Counted from the first letter of the stretch, positions 50,657 to 63,670 are shown. The stretch is DNA of 64,000 nt from an uncultured virus (IMG/VR IMGVR_UViG_2061766007_000883) (IMGVR_UViG_2061766007_000883); one strand, 5' to 3'. Notes: generated by a model not told the origin, from the letters alone. Numbers and translations are program-made.

Positions 50657-51541
50657 ATGACGATTTGCATAGCTGAGAACTACGGCGGTAAAGGCGGAAT
50701 AGGCGGCGGCGCTGGCGCCCAGGGACAAGCGTCACAGAACGCGACTGGCGGTGCCGCGCATGGATATGGCTATCCCATCATCGAGATGGTGACAGGCATG
50801 ACGCGGACGTTCGACATCCAGCTGACGAAGGACTTCGACGCAGTCATTCCATCGGATTTGTCCACCATAGACCATGTCGTGTTCGTTGCACGGCCCACCA
50901 TGCGCGGAAGTGAGAATCGTGAAATCAGGGTTCCTTGCGAGTTCACGGCAGACGGCAAGGTGACGCTTACGCTGACACCGAAAGAGGTGAACTTCAATGA
51001 AGGCACCTGGTATGCCGAATTCCTGTGCTACGAGCCCGACGGGCGGCTGACGCATGACTACCGCTCCTATCTGTGCATCCGGAAAGGTACTCGCGGCGCA
51101 CGGGGCATGAAACATCCGCCGACAGTGCTGGATGTGCGCATGGCGCTGTGCGACACGTCGCCTGCCTGCAACGAGCTTCTGGACGACTTGGAGTTCAGCG
51201 ACGTCATGATTCTGAATGCGCTGGAACGCGCAATCGACGAGTGGGAGGAAACGCCACCTCGTCTATCTCAGCACTTCGATTCGACCACGTTTCCGTTCCG
51301 TGAACACCTCATCAAGGGCGCTGTCGGCTATCTCATTGAGTCGATCATGTACAAGTACATGCGCAACCGCATGCAGTATTCGGCCAGCGGCCTGACGTTC
51401 GACAAGAACGACAAAGGCCAAGTGTACCTGCAACTGGCTGGCATGGCGCGGCATGAATGGAAGTCCTTTGTGGCGGCCATGAAAACCAGCATGAACATGG
51501 AGGAATGCTTCGGCGTCATCGAGATGCCGTGGTACAACTGA
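50657..51541 (+). CDS. Probable head-tail adaptor (neck) protein
   Basis: N-terminal Ig-like part; C-terminal 'LLDDLEFSD...RNRMQYSASGLTFDKNDK'; position after capsid. Confidence 0.6.
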   Translation: MTICIAENYGGKGGIGGGAGAQGQASQNATGGAAHGYGYPIIEMVTGMTRTFDIQLTKDFDAVIPSDLSTIDHVVFVARPTMRGSENREIRVPCEFTADGKVTLTLTPKEVNFNEGTWYAEFLCYEPDGRLTHDYRSYLCIRKGTRGARGMKHPPTVLDVRMALCDTSPACNELLDDLEFSDVMILNALERAIDEWEETPPRLSQHFDSTTFPFREHLIKGAVGYLIESIMYKYMRNRMQYSASGLTFDKNDKGQVYLQLAGMARHEWKSFVAAMKTSMNMEECFGVIEMPWYN

Positions 51542-51542
51542 T

Positions 51543-52430
51543 ATGGGCAATCCGTTTACATCCATAAGCTGCTCCATACGGCACGACAACGCACGTGTCA
51601 TCGCGTGGACGATGCTGCAGGGGGCGACCTACCCGGAGGACTTCCAGATACAGATAGAGAACTCAAGGGCAGGTGCGCCGTGGGAGATACTGGCCACGGG
51701 GCTGCAGAATTCCTGTGTGTTCGTGGACAGCCGCAGGCGCAATTACAACAAGCGTCTTAACGAGTGCTATCGACTTAGACTGACTATCCCGTGCCAGAAC
51801 GAGGAATGGCTGTCCGATATCGTGGATGCGGGAAACTGCAAGGCCTACCCGTACAGCCCGGATGCGGAAAACGTACTGAAGCAGGTGAACGAATCCATGA
51901 AGATATCGGGAACGCCTGGTGTCCTGCTCAAGAAAAAGCTATGGGGATTGCGGTGTCCGGATTGCGTGGACTTCGACGGTCAGCAGACGGTGAACGAGCA
52001 CTGTCCGCGCTGTCTCGGCACAGGCATCGACGGCGGCTACTTTCCTGGCATATCACTGACAGTTCTGAAGGACAATATAACGACGACCGAGTCGCCGTCT
52101 CAGGCAGGCTACCTGCAAGGCGAATCCGTGAGAGGGCGCTGTATCGCGTATCCGTGGGTGTCCGTCGGTGACGTGTGGTGCGAGGATGAGAGCAACAACC
52201 GTTATGTCATCCAACAAGCGACGCCGTCCGCCAGCTACAAGCATACGCACCTGGTGTATACGCTGACCATGAACAAGGTCGAACTGTCGGATGTCCTGCA
52301 TTCGCATCATGCGGATGACAAGGTTATTACAAAGGATTTATGGACAGGCAGCACACCCGCGCTACTGCCTGACGACACGGCTCCCGTACATAGACGGAAC
52401 GCATGGGACGACTTGCTGGCACAACCATGA
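51543..52430 (+). CDS. Probable head-closure/neck protein with Zn finger
   Basis: 'RCPDC...CPRCLGTGIDGGY'; position in the neck region. Confidence 0.6.
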   Translation: MGNPFTSISCSIRHDNARVIAWTMLQGATYPEDFQIQIENSRAGAPWEILATGLQNSCVFVDSRRRNYNKRLNECYRLRLTIPCQNEEWLSDIVDAGNCKAYPYSPDAENVLKQVNESMKISGTPGVLLKKKLWGLRCPDCVDFDGQQTVNEHCPRCLGTGIDGGYFPGISLTVLKDNITTTESPSQAGYLQGESVRGRCIAYPWVSVGDVWCEDESNNRYVIQQATPSASYKHTHLVYTLTMNKVELSDVLHSHHADDKVITKDLWTGSTPALLPDDTAPVHRRNAWDDLLAQP

Positions 52431-53104
52431 GCACGATAAGAACAGACTATACGGAAGAAGCGACCAGGGACACGCTGAAAGGCGCAAAACTGGATAAATA
52501 CAGATTGTCACACTGGCTGTGCGACATCCTGCGTAATTTTTTCAGCTCACCCATAAACATCCATGACGAACGGCTAGTCCGGTTGTTGTTCAAGCAGGAT
52601 GGCCATACGCCTGACACATGCTGCGCACACTTCCAGGTGGCGCTACCCATGTCCAAGGACACGCGGAAAGCAGGTATCACGCCGGCCGTGCTGGTAAGCG
52701 CAGGAGAGTGCACGTACCCGGTGCAGACATTCAACAATGGTCTGGAATCTATTAATGGTCAAATTGAAGCCAAGGCAATGTATCAGCGTTACGCTTTCCG
52801 GAAAATAAACATGAAGGTGGCGGTTCTTACAGAATCGCTGGATGGAACGGAACTCCTATCGGGCATCATCGAGGATTTCCTTGTCATAAACACATTGCAT
52901 TTGCAGGCGGACAACGGCGCTGTATCACAGTTCAATGTACTTGGAAGCTCGGAAGCCCAGCAAATTGCCATAGCAGAGGCCATGAACGCCAAGGAGCTGT
53001 ACCAAGAAGTGATAAATCTGTCCGTGGCAGGCAGCGTTGTCTGGACAGCGGATACGCAAGGCCCTGTGTATCGCGGCTTGACGCAACAGTTACACGCAGA
53101 GTGA
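52427..53104 (+). CDS. Probable tail terminator/completion protein
   Basis: Position immediately before the sheath; alpha/beta pattern. Confidence 0.45.
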   Translation: MSTIRTDYTEEATRDTLKGAKLDKYRLSHWLCDILRNFFSSPINIHDERLVRLLFKQDGHTPDTCCAHFQVALPMSKDTRKAGITPAVLVSAGECTYPVQTFNNGLESINGQIEAKAMYQRYAFRKINMKVAVLTESLDGTELLSGIIEDFLVINTLHLQADNGAVSQFNVLGSSEAQQIAIAEAMNAKELYQEVINLSVAGSVVWTADTQGPVYRGLTQQLHAE

Positions 53105-53214
53105 ACTTTCGCGTTTACGCGTTTGCTTTTATGACATGAAAGTCACATGGACGGACAGTTAAGCTGACGCCTGCTCCGGCCGAACCAGTCAGCAACATAA
53201 GCGAGGAAAAAGAC

Positions 53215-55171
53215 ATGCCCTTGAATAACTTCGATTTTCCGGGCGTCACCTTTAACCAGGTGTTCGACTCGAATGCCGTGAGCACACCGAGCACGCTGTC
53301 CGTGTTGTGCGTCGGCACCCAGTATTCTCTTCACAAGGCAGGCACCAAAGACGAAGTCGAAGTGCCCAACGACGCCAGCTACAGCGCTGCAAACGGTCTG
53401 ACGGCCACTATCACGTCCCCAATCGGCGGAACCATCGACGATACGCCTTCCACCCACCATCTTGTAGTCAAAAACGGCGCGTTCCTGTACTACACGGACA
53501 CAGACATCGACGCCACCGCCACCACGGCGGCAGCGCTGGCCAATCGCACCATTACGTTCTCGTCCCCTATCAAGGACGGCGGTGGTTTTGAAGCTGCCAC
53601 AGGCTTCGGTTCACGTGGCGCACGTGTCGGTGACACGGTCATTCTCACGGGCACCGGAAGCGATACGCCTATTGTTACCACCATCCTGAAAATCATCAAC
53701 GTCTCCGGCAAAGGCGCCGTCCAGATGATTGTCGGCAATACGGATGAACTCACGGCGTTGACATCGGTTGGTTTCTGCGCCATCAAGGATGTGACGTTCG
53801 AGGAAAGTGCCTCCACGTTCACGTTGGCAAGCGGCACGCTGAGCATCAGCGGAAACATCCAAGTCATCATCGACGACGTTTCGGCTGAGACGTACGGTGT
53901 CCTGCAGTCCGGTGACTTCTACATCGAGTACCGCGAAGCCGTTCAGCAGCATGTCGGCAAGCTCGGTGTTGTATCCAGCTTCAACGACTTGCAAGAGCAG
54001 CTTGGCCCCTGGTGCGCAGACAACCCGTTGTCCCTGGCTTGCTACTTCGCGTTGGCCGGTGGCCGCACGGTGTACTTCACAGGTGTCGCGGACGAAACAG
54101 GCGAATCCTATGTGACCGCTCTTGACAGCCTGGCCAAGTACATGGAATTGTACAGCATCGTGCCGGCTACAGAAGACCGCGCCATCATCGAAGCCTGCAT
54201 GGCCTATGTCAAAAGCATCTCCAACGACGATGAAGACGTTGTCCGTCGCGCTTTGTGGTACGGCGTTACGGCTGACAAGAATATTCAGCTGTGGGCTGGT
54301 GAAGCCACCATCAGCACGACCACGGTGACGGTGGACAGTGAATCCGACGACGTTTATCTGGACACGAACCTTCAGCATGGCGATGTCATCGCTCTGGCGT
54401 CCGACACCAGCAAGCGTTGGACTATAGCAAGCGTCGACGGGCCGAAGGCCATGACCATTGTGGCTGGAACAGCTATCACAGCAGGCAAGCAAAAGTATGT
54501 CATCCTGCGTACGGAGCCTGTTGCGGCTGATATCGTGGACAACATTGTCGCAAAACGCTGCACGCAATCCGAACGCGCCATGTGCGTCTGGGCTGACGGT
54601 TTGCAGTTCGGCGGCGAAGACCTTCCGAACTACCCGCTGGCGGCCGCTGCGGCCGGNNNNNNNNNNNNNNNNNNNNNNNNNNNNNCGCCCGATTTCCAAC
54701 CTTGGCTACAGTTTCTTCTCGCTGGCGAACACCAATGCCTTCACCCGTGACCAACTGAAACTCATCGGCCGCAACGGTATCTGGATTATCGCCAACAACC
54801 AGGATGGCACACCCATCAACATGAAGCAGATCACAACGGCTGTTGCCAACGACATCAATAAGGACGAAGAAAGCATCATCGCCAACATGGACACGATTGC
54901 GATGGATGTCAGCCGTGCCGGAAAGGAGCGCACAGGTAACTCCAATATCAGTCCGGACCTCATCGACGCTCTTGAGGATGATGTGACCATCCGCATGGAC
55001 AGGTACAAAGTCAACGAGTCCGGCAGCGCCTACATCGGACCACAGTTGCTTGATTGGGAACTTGAACGCATCTGGCAGGACCCCGTGAATCTGGACCACG
55101 TCTATGCAAGTCTCTGGTGCCAGCCTCCGAAACCGTTCAACAAGTTCCATATCACGGTTCGTGTCATCTAA
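53215..55171 (+). CDS. Tail sheath protein; joined across gap
   Basis: N-terminal 'FPGVTFNQ'; C-terminal 'INMKQITT...EESII...PPKPFNKFHITVRV'; ~650 aa. Confidence 0.8.
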
Positions 55172-55188
55172 CATAGGAGTCTGAACTA

Positions 55189-55674
55189 ATGGCTACACGT
55201 ATATTCTCACACGGAATCCAAAAAACTGAAAACTTCACTGCGAACGGTGCTTTGATTCAGTGGGCGGCAGAAGGTGTCACGAGCACGAACTTCCCCATTT
55301 TGATGACGAATCTGCAAGCGCAGTTCAGCCGCAATATCAATCCGATTACTCCCATTAACACGGATGCCGACGGTAATTCCGTGAAGGTGAATATCATTGG
55401 CATGCCGTCTGGCGTGCTGCAATGTGACGGATTGATTACGAACACGTCCAAAAGCCTGCAGGCGTTCCTGCTTGCCGTAGGCGAGTCCTGCGCCAACAAA
55501 GGCGTACGCATGACGATTCGGCCTTTCCGTGCCAACGGTTGTGAAAGCGACCTTAAGTACACCATCACAGGCCTGACGCTGCAAACGTTCATTCTGCAGA
55601 TTCAAACCGCAGAAGTCACCATTGTGCGCCAGCCCTTGAGCTTCGTGTTCACGGACATGTACATCGAACCTTAA
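55189..55674 (+). CDS. Tail tube protein
   Basis: 161 aa, beta-rich, directly after the sheath. Confidence 0.65.
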   Translation: MATRIFSHGIQKTENFTANGALIQWAAEGVTSTNFPILMTNLQAQFSRNINPITPINTDADGNSVKVNIIGMPSGVLQCDGLITNTSKSLQAFLLAVGESCANKGVRMTIRPFRANGCESDLKYTITGLTLQTFILQIQTAEVTIVRQPLSFVFTDMYIEP

Positions 55675-55693
55675 GCCCAACAGATGGCTGTAA

Positions 55694-55735
55694 TAAGCAA
55701 GCCACTTCTGCGTCTATCGTAGGAGTGGCTTGTTT
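55694..55735 (+). terminator. Terminator-like hairpin
   Basis: AAGCAAGCCACTTCTGCG/CGTAGGAGTGGCTTGTTT. Confidence 0.6.
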
Positions 55736-55752
55736 CATATCAGGATACACGC

Positions 55753-58316
55753 ATGTTATACAACAACACATTTACAGCGACTGTCATAGTAGCAGCGCCT
55801 GAGCTGGGCTTGGCGCTGGTACAGGAGACAAAAGGGCCGAAGAACATAGGCGCCATCTACATAGCCTATCCGCCGATGTCCGATTGCGGCATAGGCGCAA
55901 CACCCATGCCCGCATACACGTCCGGTACCACTGTCGTATGCGCACGCGGCTACAGCAACAACATGAACATCGTATGGATTCTAGGGCCGTTCAACAACAG
56001 GAACGACCAGTTGAACTCCAACTACGGACATCGTAAGCTATACAACGCAGAGCCGTTTACACAGTCGTCTGAGGAGGCCTTGGCGGTTCTGCATGCGCTT
56101 GAACGAACTCTGCCTGCAGGTCGTCATACGTGGGTTCGCAATCACGCCAACGGCATACCTGGCGACGCTTTGCCTGGAGACTACTACATTCTGGACAAGG
56201 CAGGCGTGTCAGGCCTCATGGTAAGCCGTCTGCTTGCACAATTGAAAGGCTCCGCCATGGCGTTCGTGGACGCATCCGTGGAGGACAGCAAGGTGCGAAC
56301 CGTTGGCGATATCATCACGCACGACACGTTGACGCAGGAGCACGTCATTCATGAGCTATATTCAGTTGACAACGAAGCCATGTCCGTATCCGAGGCCTTC
56401 GGCCTGCAAACGGGGCCAGTCGTCACAGAAGACAGTGCCGAGGAGACGCTCAAGCTCGTGGACGAGATGGCCATCCCGCTGTACAGATACCAGGCGGTAG
56501 GTGGCGCCTTGGCGCAGGGCAAGGAAGAGCTTATCATCGGTCTGCCAGATGACAATCACAAGCATGATTCTCAGCATGAACCTCCTGCGTTGGCACGTAA
56601 GCGCGCGTCCATGTCGGGCGAGTTGACGGATGCCAGTGCGCATAGCATCATGTCCGTGAAGGCTCCGTATATCCCGGTGATACATCAGCTAGGCTACGGC
56701 GGACGTGCTCAGAACGGCATGCTGTTTGACGACCTGCGTTCGCCTTTGAAGGAGATGGTGGCAACACCCGACACGTCTGACCCTGTGCCGGAACGTGCGC
56801 CATCTATCGCAGCGGAGGACAGGGACGCGGAGATAACGGATGCGGCCATCAACAAGCTGGTTGATACCATTCTTACAGGAGACTACAAGGAGGCCATGCT
56901 GCAGGCGCTTGCACGGCACGGGTTCACCATATCGAATCCGAAAGCCGCCGTGATGGATGTGTCAAAAGTGAAACAGCCTGGTGGTGTCGTCTACGACCAG
57001 CATTATCCGCTGCCTGACTACATCGAACTTATGGACCCGGTCACCAAGGAGACGCACCGCTATTACGGAACCATGTCGTTCATCTCGCAAGAGCGTGATG
57101 GAAGTATATGCATCCGAGATGGTTACGGTAGCGAAATCCGTATGTCCAGAGGAAACATCTACATCAGTGCGGCACTGGATGTGTTCGTACGACCCGGCCG
57201 TGATTTCAGCGCCATGGTTCCGGGCAACCTGTCGCTGAACTCCCAGCGAACGTTCACCATCAACAGTTCCAAGGACTTGTACGTACGGGCGGTCACAGAC
57301 CTCAAAGTGGCAGGCGCAACGGGCGGGAAGGGTGTCGTCACAGTCGAAAGCTGGGCGACAAGCAACTCTGCAGGTATCCCTGGCATGGTTATCAGAAGCG
57401 ACAGCAATCTATCTGTTACAGCTGTCAATGACCTTTATATCGGACGGAATACGAATACAGCAAAGACAAGAGGTGAAGCGACTTCACCCATCGCTCAGGG
57501 CTCCATTATCGTGGACGCCGGACAGAACGGAGCTGTGTACACAAAAGGCAACCACTACACGGTGGATACGTACGAGTTGGTGCTTGGCGCGTTCAACCAG
57601 ACAGGTTCGTCCGTGAAGGGCTCTGCAATCGTTGTGTCGCCGTCCAGCATCGGCGTGTATGCAAGGTCTGTGCAGATGCCGACCAGCGTCAGCATGCAGA
57701 TAATGGAAAGCCCTGTCAACATATCCGTTGTGCGCAAAGGCAAGAAGGCAACGGCGGTGGCTGTAACAGNNNNNNNNNNNNNNNNNNNNNNNNNNNNNNN
57801 NNNGGCAATTTAGTTGTCAATGGCACGGGCAAGTTCAACGCTCACAATAAGGACAACAGTGCGGCGCTCGTGGCGCGTGGCATCATATCGACATCGCCTG
57901 AGAACGCTGTCATCGACCCGAAGGTTCCACGCAACAGGAATTTCTTCAAGGACACCGAATTGCAATTGCAAAGCGCTCCTCAGCACGTAGGGGAATCCGC
58001 CACGAACATTGTCGTCAACGCGACAGATAAAGCGTACCAGGACTGGTACATAGCCAGCGGACGGTTCAGCTTCCCGCAGGACTACAACGTGACCGTAGAC
58101 GTTGTGCCAGGCATGGCATGGCAGGACTTGTCGCGTGACAGCGGCTACACAGGCGTACCGTGGAAGGAGCAATATGTGCTTGACATTGATAACCAACCGA
58201 CGGCCACATATCCTGGATATAGTATATGGAGCCAGGCAACAGTGTCAACTAGAGGAAACCACAGGGGAGCGAAGCTAGACCATGGCGGCTACGCAACCAA
58301 CACACCAAAGGAATAA
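55753..58316 (+). CDS. Probable baseplate central spike (gp5/VgrG-like); joined across gap
   Basis: N-terminal OB-like region, 'ALPGD', and beta-helix-like 'DGSICIRDGYGSEIRMSRGNIYISA...NLSLNS'. Confidence 0.55.
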
Positions 58317-58320
58317 CGAC

Positions 58321-58944
58321 ATGTCAGAAGAACAGAAAACCGAACAGAACAATGCACCGCAGGAGCAGCAGAAGGAACGTCACATCATGTGTCCGTGCTG
58401 CCACCAGATGACGCTGCCAGAAGTGCCGAACAAGCTGAACCCCAAGCTGGTTGACCATTATATGGCCTGTGTGCTATCAGGCGTGCCATTCAATCATGAA
58501 TACCCTTTGTTCGACGGGCGAATCCTTGTAACGGCATCCGCACCGTCGCCTGAGCAGAAGCAGGCGGCTGACCAGCTTGTGTCCATCTTGAACGGCTGCC
58601 AGTCGCAGCTCATCATTGAACGCGACAATATGCGCGGCATGATCCGCATCATGATGGGCATCATGGAAATCAAGCTGAACCCTGGACGGGACGACATGCG
58701 TGTGTATCACCCGGCGACAGCTCTCACGGAAATGCTGGGTCAACTGAAAGAGTACATGCATAGCTACCCGGAGGAACAGGACGGCGTGGCCCAGAAGTTG
58801 AAACAGCTGACAGGCCCTGACATGGCATCCGGCGTACCGCCGCATGTATTGCTTGCCGTCACCAACGCACATACCAGCATTACGGCTATTTTGAACAACA
58901 TTGGGTTCGACCGAAATTTCTGGAAGGGTATCGAGCTAGCCTGA
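58321..58944 (+). CDS. Probable tail assembly chaperone (G-like)
   Basis: Position before the tape measure; ends in an in-phase slippery heptamer A AAT TTC. Confidence 0.6.
   Translation: MSEEQKTEQNNAPQEQQKERHIMCPCCHQMTLPEVPNKLNPKLVDHYMACVLSGVPFNHEYPLFDGRILVTASAPSPEQKQAADQLVSILNGCQSQLIIERDNMRGMIRIMMGIMEIKLNPGRDDMRVYHPATALTEMLGQLKEYMHSYPEEQDGVAQKLKQLTGPDMASGVPPHVLLAVTNAHTSITAILNNIGFDRNFWKGIELA
58914..58920 (+). other. Putative programmed -1 ribosomal frameshift site (A AAT TTC)
   Basis: X XXY YYZ in the correct phase; the -1 frame is open into ORF 58944..59312. Confidence 0.65.
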
Positions 58945-59312
58945 TGCTGGCGCTGCCGCAGTTCGATACCTGTGGAGCATTGAGGCAGTATGCGCTTTAC
59001 CCGAATGACCCGAATGCGGTGGTCGGCTTTCACATGTTAAAGGAACGCGCAGCCAGAACTTACCTTTGGGACGCCTTCGGCGTATGTCGCAACCCGGACA
59101 ACCTGCAAAATCTTATGTATTTGCGTTTAGGGGCCGCCATGGAAGCCACGCATCAATCAGGCACGCCTAGCATACAGCAAGGCAAAGGCAAACCGATGTC
59201 CGAGATAACGGACGAGGAGGCCGCCCAGATGTACAAGGCCGCCTGTAAGCAGATAGGTATAGAAATTGACCTTCCTGCTTCTGTGAAGACAGAAGCTGGT
59301 GAATCCAAATGA
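58944..59312 (+). CDS. Tail assembly chaperone T-like ORF (probably made as a G-T fusion)
   Basis: -1 frame relative to the upstream gene; precedes the tape measure. Confidence 0.55.
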   Translation: MLALPQFDTCGALRQYALYPNDPNAVVGFHMLKERAARTYLWDAFGVCRNPDNLQNLMYLRLGAAMEATHQSGTPSIQQGKGKPMSEITDEEAAQMYKAACKQIGIEIDLPASVKTEAGESK

Positions 59313-62300
59313 CAGAGAATATAAATACAAACAGCGGGTTGTCCCCGAATATGACCGTCGCTGACGAGCTTGTGCAGCGTCTCGTGGCGTCTTTCTTTCG
59401 TATGATGGCGCCGGGCTCCAGCTCCAACATGTTCGCCGCCATGGCGATGCCGTTGCTCAAGAAGATTACAGGCAACGATGTCGCGTGGGATGCTGTTATG
59501 ACTACCGACACGACTGCGGAGGGAATATACCAGTTGTCCATGCGCAGGCGCAAGGCTCGGCTTGAATCCCTGATGACGGACGAATTCACGACACAGATGA
59601 CGCGTGATGCCATGCGTGATTGGGAGATGACAAAGTTGGCTGAGGCAGACTGGCGTAAGAACCAGGAAGATGCCGGGATACGTGTACTGCCTGGGGACTA
59701 TGAACGCTATATATCCAGGCGTGTCGACAGCGACATGGCCAACAAGTTCTTCACAATAGCATACGGCAAAGCCAATCAGTGGCTGAACCTCGACGGTACA
59801 GGACAGGCCGCCACATATCTCGGTATGATGGCCTCCAATTTTGCGCAGACAGGCATGTTCAGGAACGACCGGAACGCGTTTACTTATGCACGGTTTCTTA
59901 CGGAAGACCTGTTCAACGAGGCCCAGAGCCTGTACGACCAGGATACTGGCGAATGGCTTGGCTGGGATTTCGAGGAGCGAGGCAAGGACGAATACGGAAA
60001 CGTCGTTCCAGGCAAGATAAAGACCAGGTACAAGCCGTTCGACCGCGAAGACTGGGGAGGGTTCTCGAAGGAATCCGTCACAGGCCTCGGAGCCAATCTG
60101 TCCGCGACCACAGATTTGCTTCGTGCCATCAATCCTGAAGATCCGTATCAGCTTTCCATGGCATCCGAAAGATTCAAGGACACGCTTCATCAGTATTTGG
60201 AAGCCTTGCGCCCGTTGCGGGACGCCTTTGGCGATGACATGCCTAGAATCATCGACACCATTCAGAAATTGTCACAAATGTCACTGTCGCAGATGGGTAC
60301 ACAGAGAACGGCGATTGTCGCGCAACAGCTGTCCGCCGCGTTGCTGGCTGGTAAATACAGTAAGGAAGAACTGCAGCAGGGGGCTGTTGCGATAAAAGCA
60401 AAATTGGACACTATAGAAGGTTTGTCCAATCTTAATTATATAAACGCGCCAGGCATGTCCAAGCTGGGTCTTGACTTTGCACATGGCGGGTCAGGCATGC
60501 CTAACAACATGACACCAGCGGATTGGACTAAGCAGTCATTGGAGATGGCAGTTAATGTCGCGAACTCCGAAGCCGCTGACCAGTTCGATATGGCGTATTC
60601 GATATGGGCGAACAACCTGGAGAACAACACACCTTATAACGAACGGGCGACATTGGATACAAGCACGGCACGGTTCATGCGCGAAGTGAACGCCGTGGCC
60701 AGAGAGCAGAATGTGGACTTGCGCGAGGCCGCACGGCAACTGGCTGGTGTCAATACGTATACTGAATTGTACTCAGGAATCGCATACGGCTATTACGACA
60801 TTGCGAAAACCTCGCAGATGGGTGCCGAGCTGGCGCTACGGGGCCTGAAAGACCAGAGCATGAACCAGGCCGTGCAGATGGCAGCCGTGGATGAGTCCTT
60901 GCAGATAGCTATGCAAGGTGTTCATGTGAATATGCCAAGCGACGTTGAGTCCATGTCGAATTTTGTCGAAGCGGTTAAGAACAACGCACAAGTCCTGTAC
61001 ATGAGCAATCCGGATGCGGCAGCCTATCTGGTGAATGCCGGAATAAGGGACGCGGAAGGCAACATCATAAAAGACCGGCAGTCGTTGCAGGGTCTCGTTG
61101 AGCTCATGCGAATGGATGCCAGCACATATCTGGCGGACAAAGCCACGACGGACGAGGTGGTCAGGCAACTATACCAGAACAAAGAGAACATGCCGGTAAA
61201 TGCCGAAGCCATGATAGCCATGGTGGATGCGTATCGTGCCAATCCTGGTGCGTTCACGTTGAACGAGGATGACGCATTTGCTCAAATCATAGCATACGGC
61301 GATATCAGCAGAATGGCGGCAGAACCGGAACTGCGTAAAGTGTTCAACGTATTGCGCGCCAATATGGGCAGTTTCATGGTCAAATCAAGTGACCTTGCAA
61401 AGGTCATGTCTGATAACTACCAGAAGCAGGATGAAGGTCAGCTTACGCCTGAATGGGCTATGCAGAAGGCTCTGAGCCTGGTGGAGCAACGTCCGGAGCT
61501 TTGGGGCATGGACGAGCAGGCTGCACTGGCTCAGATTATGTATACACCAGATCCGGACAACGGTCAATATCTCGATGCCAAGGATGCAAAAGCAGTCGTT
61601 GCCGCGATGTCCTTCGCCAAGAACGGTCGGAAAGGCAACATATATCAGATTGCCTTCGAGACTGCTGTCATGGAGAAAAACAGAGCCGACATGGAGAACT
61701 TCGAGGCGGAGGCCCAGCGTCGCCGTACAGTGTACCGGGAATACGAGAACGCCATGTTCACAGGTAAAGGCGGTCTGTTCCAGGTGTTCCATAACGGGTT
61801 CAGCTTGGAGCGTGTCAAGCAGGCTCTAACGAGTACCAATTTTATCATGAACGCCGAGAACGACGGGATGCTGGACTTGCTGACGGCGGGAGCCATGATT
61901 GCGGACGANNNNNNNNNNNNNNNNNNNNNNNNNNNNNNGCCAGACGTCGCGTGTGCGGTTTGTCAAGGAGCTTGTCACATTCGCCAACGATGTGCAAGGC
62001 CTGAGCAGCCTAGGCTTCAACAGGGCCAAGAAGGATTTCCAAACAGCGCGTGAAAAAAGCAACAAAGAAGAAATGATGCTGCAGGCATCATTGATGGCTA
62101 CTTATAAGGAATTTGACAGCGCGACAGTTGATAGATATCTGTCCCAGAACGTGTTCGATGACAACGGCGAGCTTGTGACAAATCCGGAAGAAGCACGCCA
62201 TATAAGGCTTGAGCGTCTGCTTGAAGCCCGACGCTCCGGTGCTTCGATAGCGGAGTTGTTCGCCCGTGAATCAGCGGACGCGCAGGTGTTTTCGCTGGAC

Positions 62301-62739
62301 GACGAAAGAAGCGTAATAGCCAATGACTTGTACAACAAGTTCAGAAGCGGGCAAACAGACCTCGATAAAAGTGGAACCATAGAGAACTACGAGGGCTGGG
62401 AGGCTTTCTATGAGGCTGAAAAGAAACGTATAAGCGATACAGAGCATGATGGAACCGAATTGAACGCCTTGGATGCGCTCAATCAAATCATGCAGACGGC
62501 GCATCAGGGCATAAAAACAAACCCGCAGACTGGCGACATACTGCAAACGGTGACAGAGACCGCAGAAAAGACAGCCGCCAGCGGCGGTNNNNNNNNNNNN
62601 NNNNNNNNNNNNNNNNCTGGCACCCATCATGTCCAAGCAACTGGAAGTTCTAGGTAAATTAAGCGATACGCTGGACAAGCGTGCAACGGACAACAACGAC
62701 ACGTTGTACGGACGGCCTGACATGGCGACGCAGGATTGA
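59309..62739 (+). CDS. Probable tape measure protein (~1140 aa); joined across two gaps
   Basis: Long all-helical Ala/Met/Gln-rich ORF after the chaperones; the post-gap frame ends at TGA 62739. Confidence 0.7.
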
Positions 62740-62744
62740 CAACA

Positions 62745-63239
62745 ATGAGTGAGAAAAGCATATTCAAACTTCAGGGCGGCTACAGCAAGGAAACGCTGGG
62801 GCCCGGCACTGCGTTCATAACGTTATGGGCGGAAGGCGGCGAGGCTTTGAACAACATGTTGAACACGACTGCGCCGGCCGAGAAGATAACCATAGACGAG
62901 AACGTCGACATATTGCTCAACAAGGCGCTCGGCGGCGACTTTTTGGTTGAGACGTTTGGGCACAAGCCTGTTACAATTGTCATAGAAGGCCTGGACTTAT
63001 ACTCGATGGAGTGCGATGACATCCGCAACGGCACGATACAGGATTTCTATGACAAGTGGAACGTGCATGACAACAAAAAGGCACGTGTGCGCATGGGGAT
63101 AGCAAATCCGCTGTCCAGCGGAAAAGCATTCTACTGCGTCATCACAGGACTACGCCGTATGGCCAACAGTACGATAAAGGCAGACGGTGTCGGACGCTAC
63201 ACCATGACGCTAGTAGGCGTAAAGACAGAGGGCGTATGA
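62745..63239 (+). CDS. Probable tail tube-initiator/baseplate protein
   Basis: 'ALGGDFLVETFGHKPVTIVIEG'; position after the tape measure. Confidence 0.5.
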   Translation: MSEKSIFKLQGGYSKETLGPGTAFITLWAEGGEALNNMLNTTAPAEKITIDENVDILLNKALGGDFLVETFGHKPVTIVIEGLDLYSMECDDIRNGTIQDFYDKWNVHDNKKARVRMGIANPLSSGKAFYCVITGLRRMANSTIKADGVGRYTMTLVGVKTEGV

Positions 63240-63670
63240 ACAAACTATACGGAATATTGACATACGGCATGACGCAAGCCGACATGACCGGAAACTATTA
63301 CGCCAAGAAGCACTATCCTGTCATGATGACTGACAAGGGGCGCAAGTTGCTGAACATGTTGCTGGCGACGTTGAACACGGCCAACCGTCCAATGCTGGCA
63401 TGCGCCTTGTGCCGTATATCCGTTACATCCATATTCAAGCACGATGTATTGGAACTCGATCCGGAAAACACCTACAACGAAGTGGGACGCCCGCCTACAG
63501 CGACAGCTGATGACGCTGCATACTGCCTGTACAACGTCACGGCTCCACGCGACATGTTGAACCAGTTGCTGGCCCAGCTTGATGCGGACATACGGGAACG
63601 GCTTATAGCGTCACCGTGGTTCGACATCATGGCAGGAGCCTGCCTCCAGCTTCTGAGGTACTGCAAATGA
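63236..63670 (+). CDS. Hypothetical protein (baseplate region)
   Basis: ATGA-coupled ORF. Confidence 0.6.
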   Translation: MNKLYGILTYGMTQADMTGNYYAKKHYPVMMTDKGRKLLNMLLATLNTANRPMLACALCRISVTSIFKHDVLELDPENTYNEVGRPPTATADDAAYCLYNVTAPRDMLNQLLAQLDADIRERLIASPWFDIMAGACLQLLRYCK

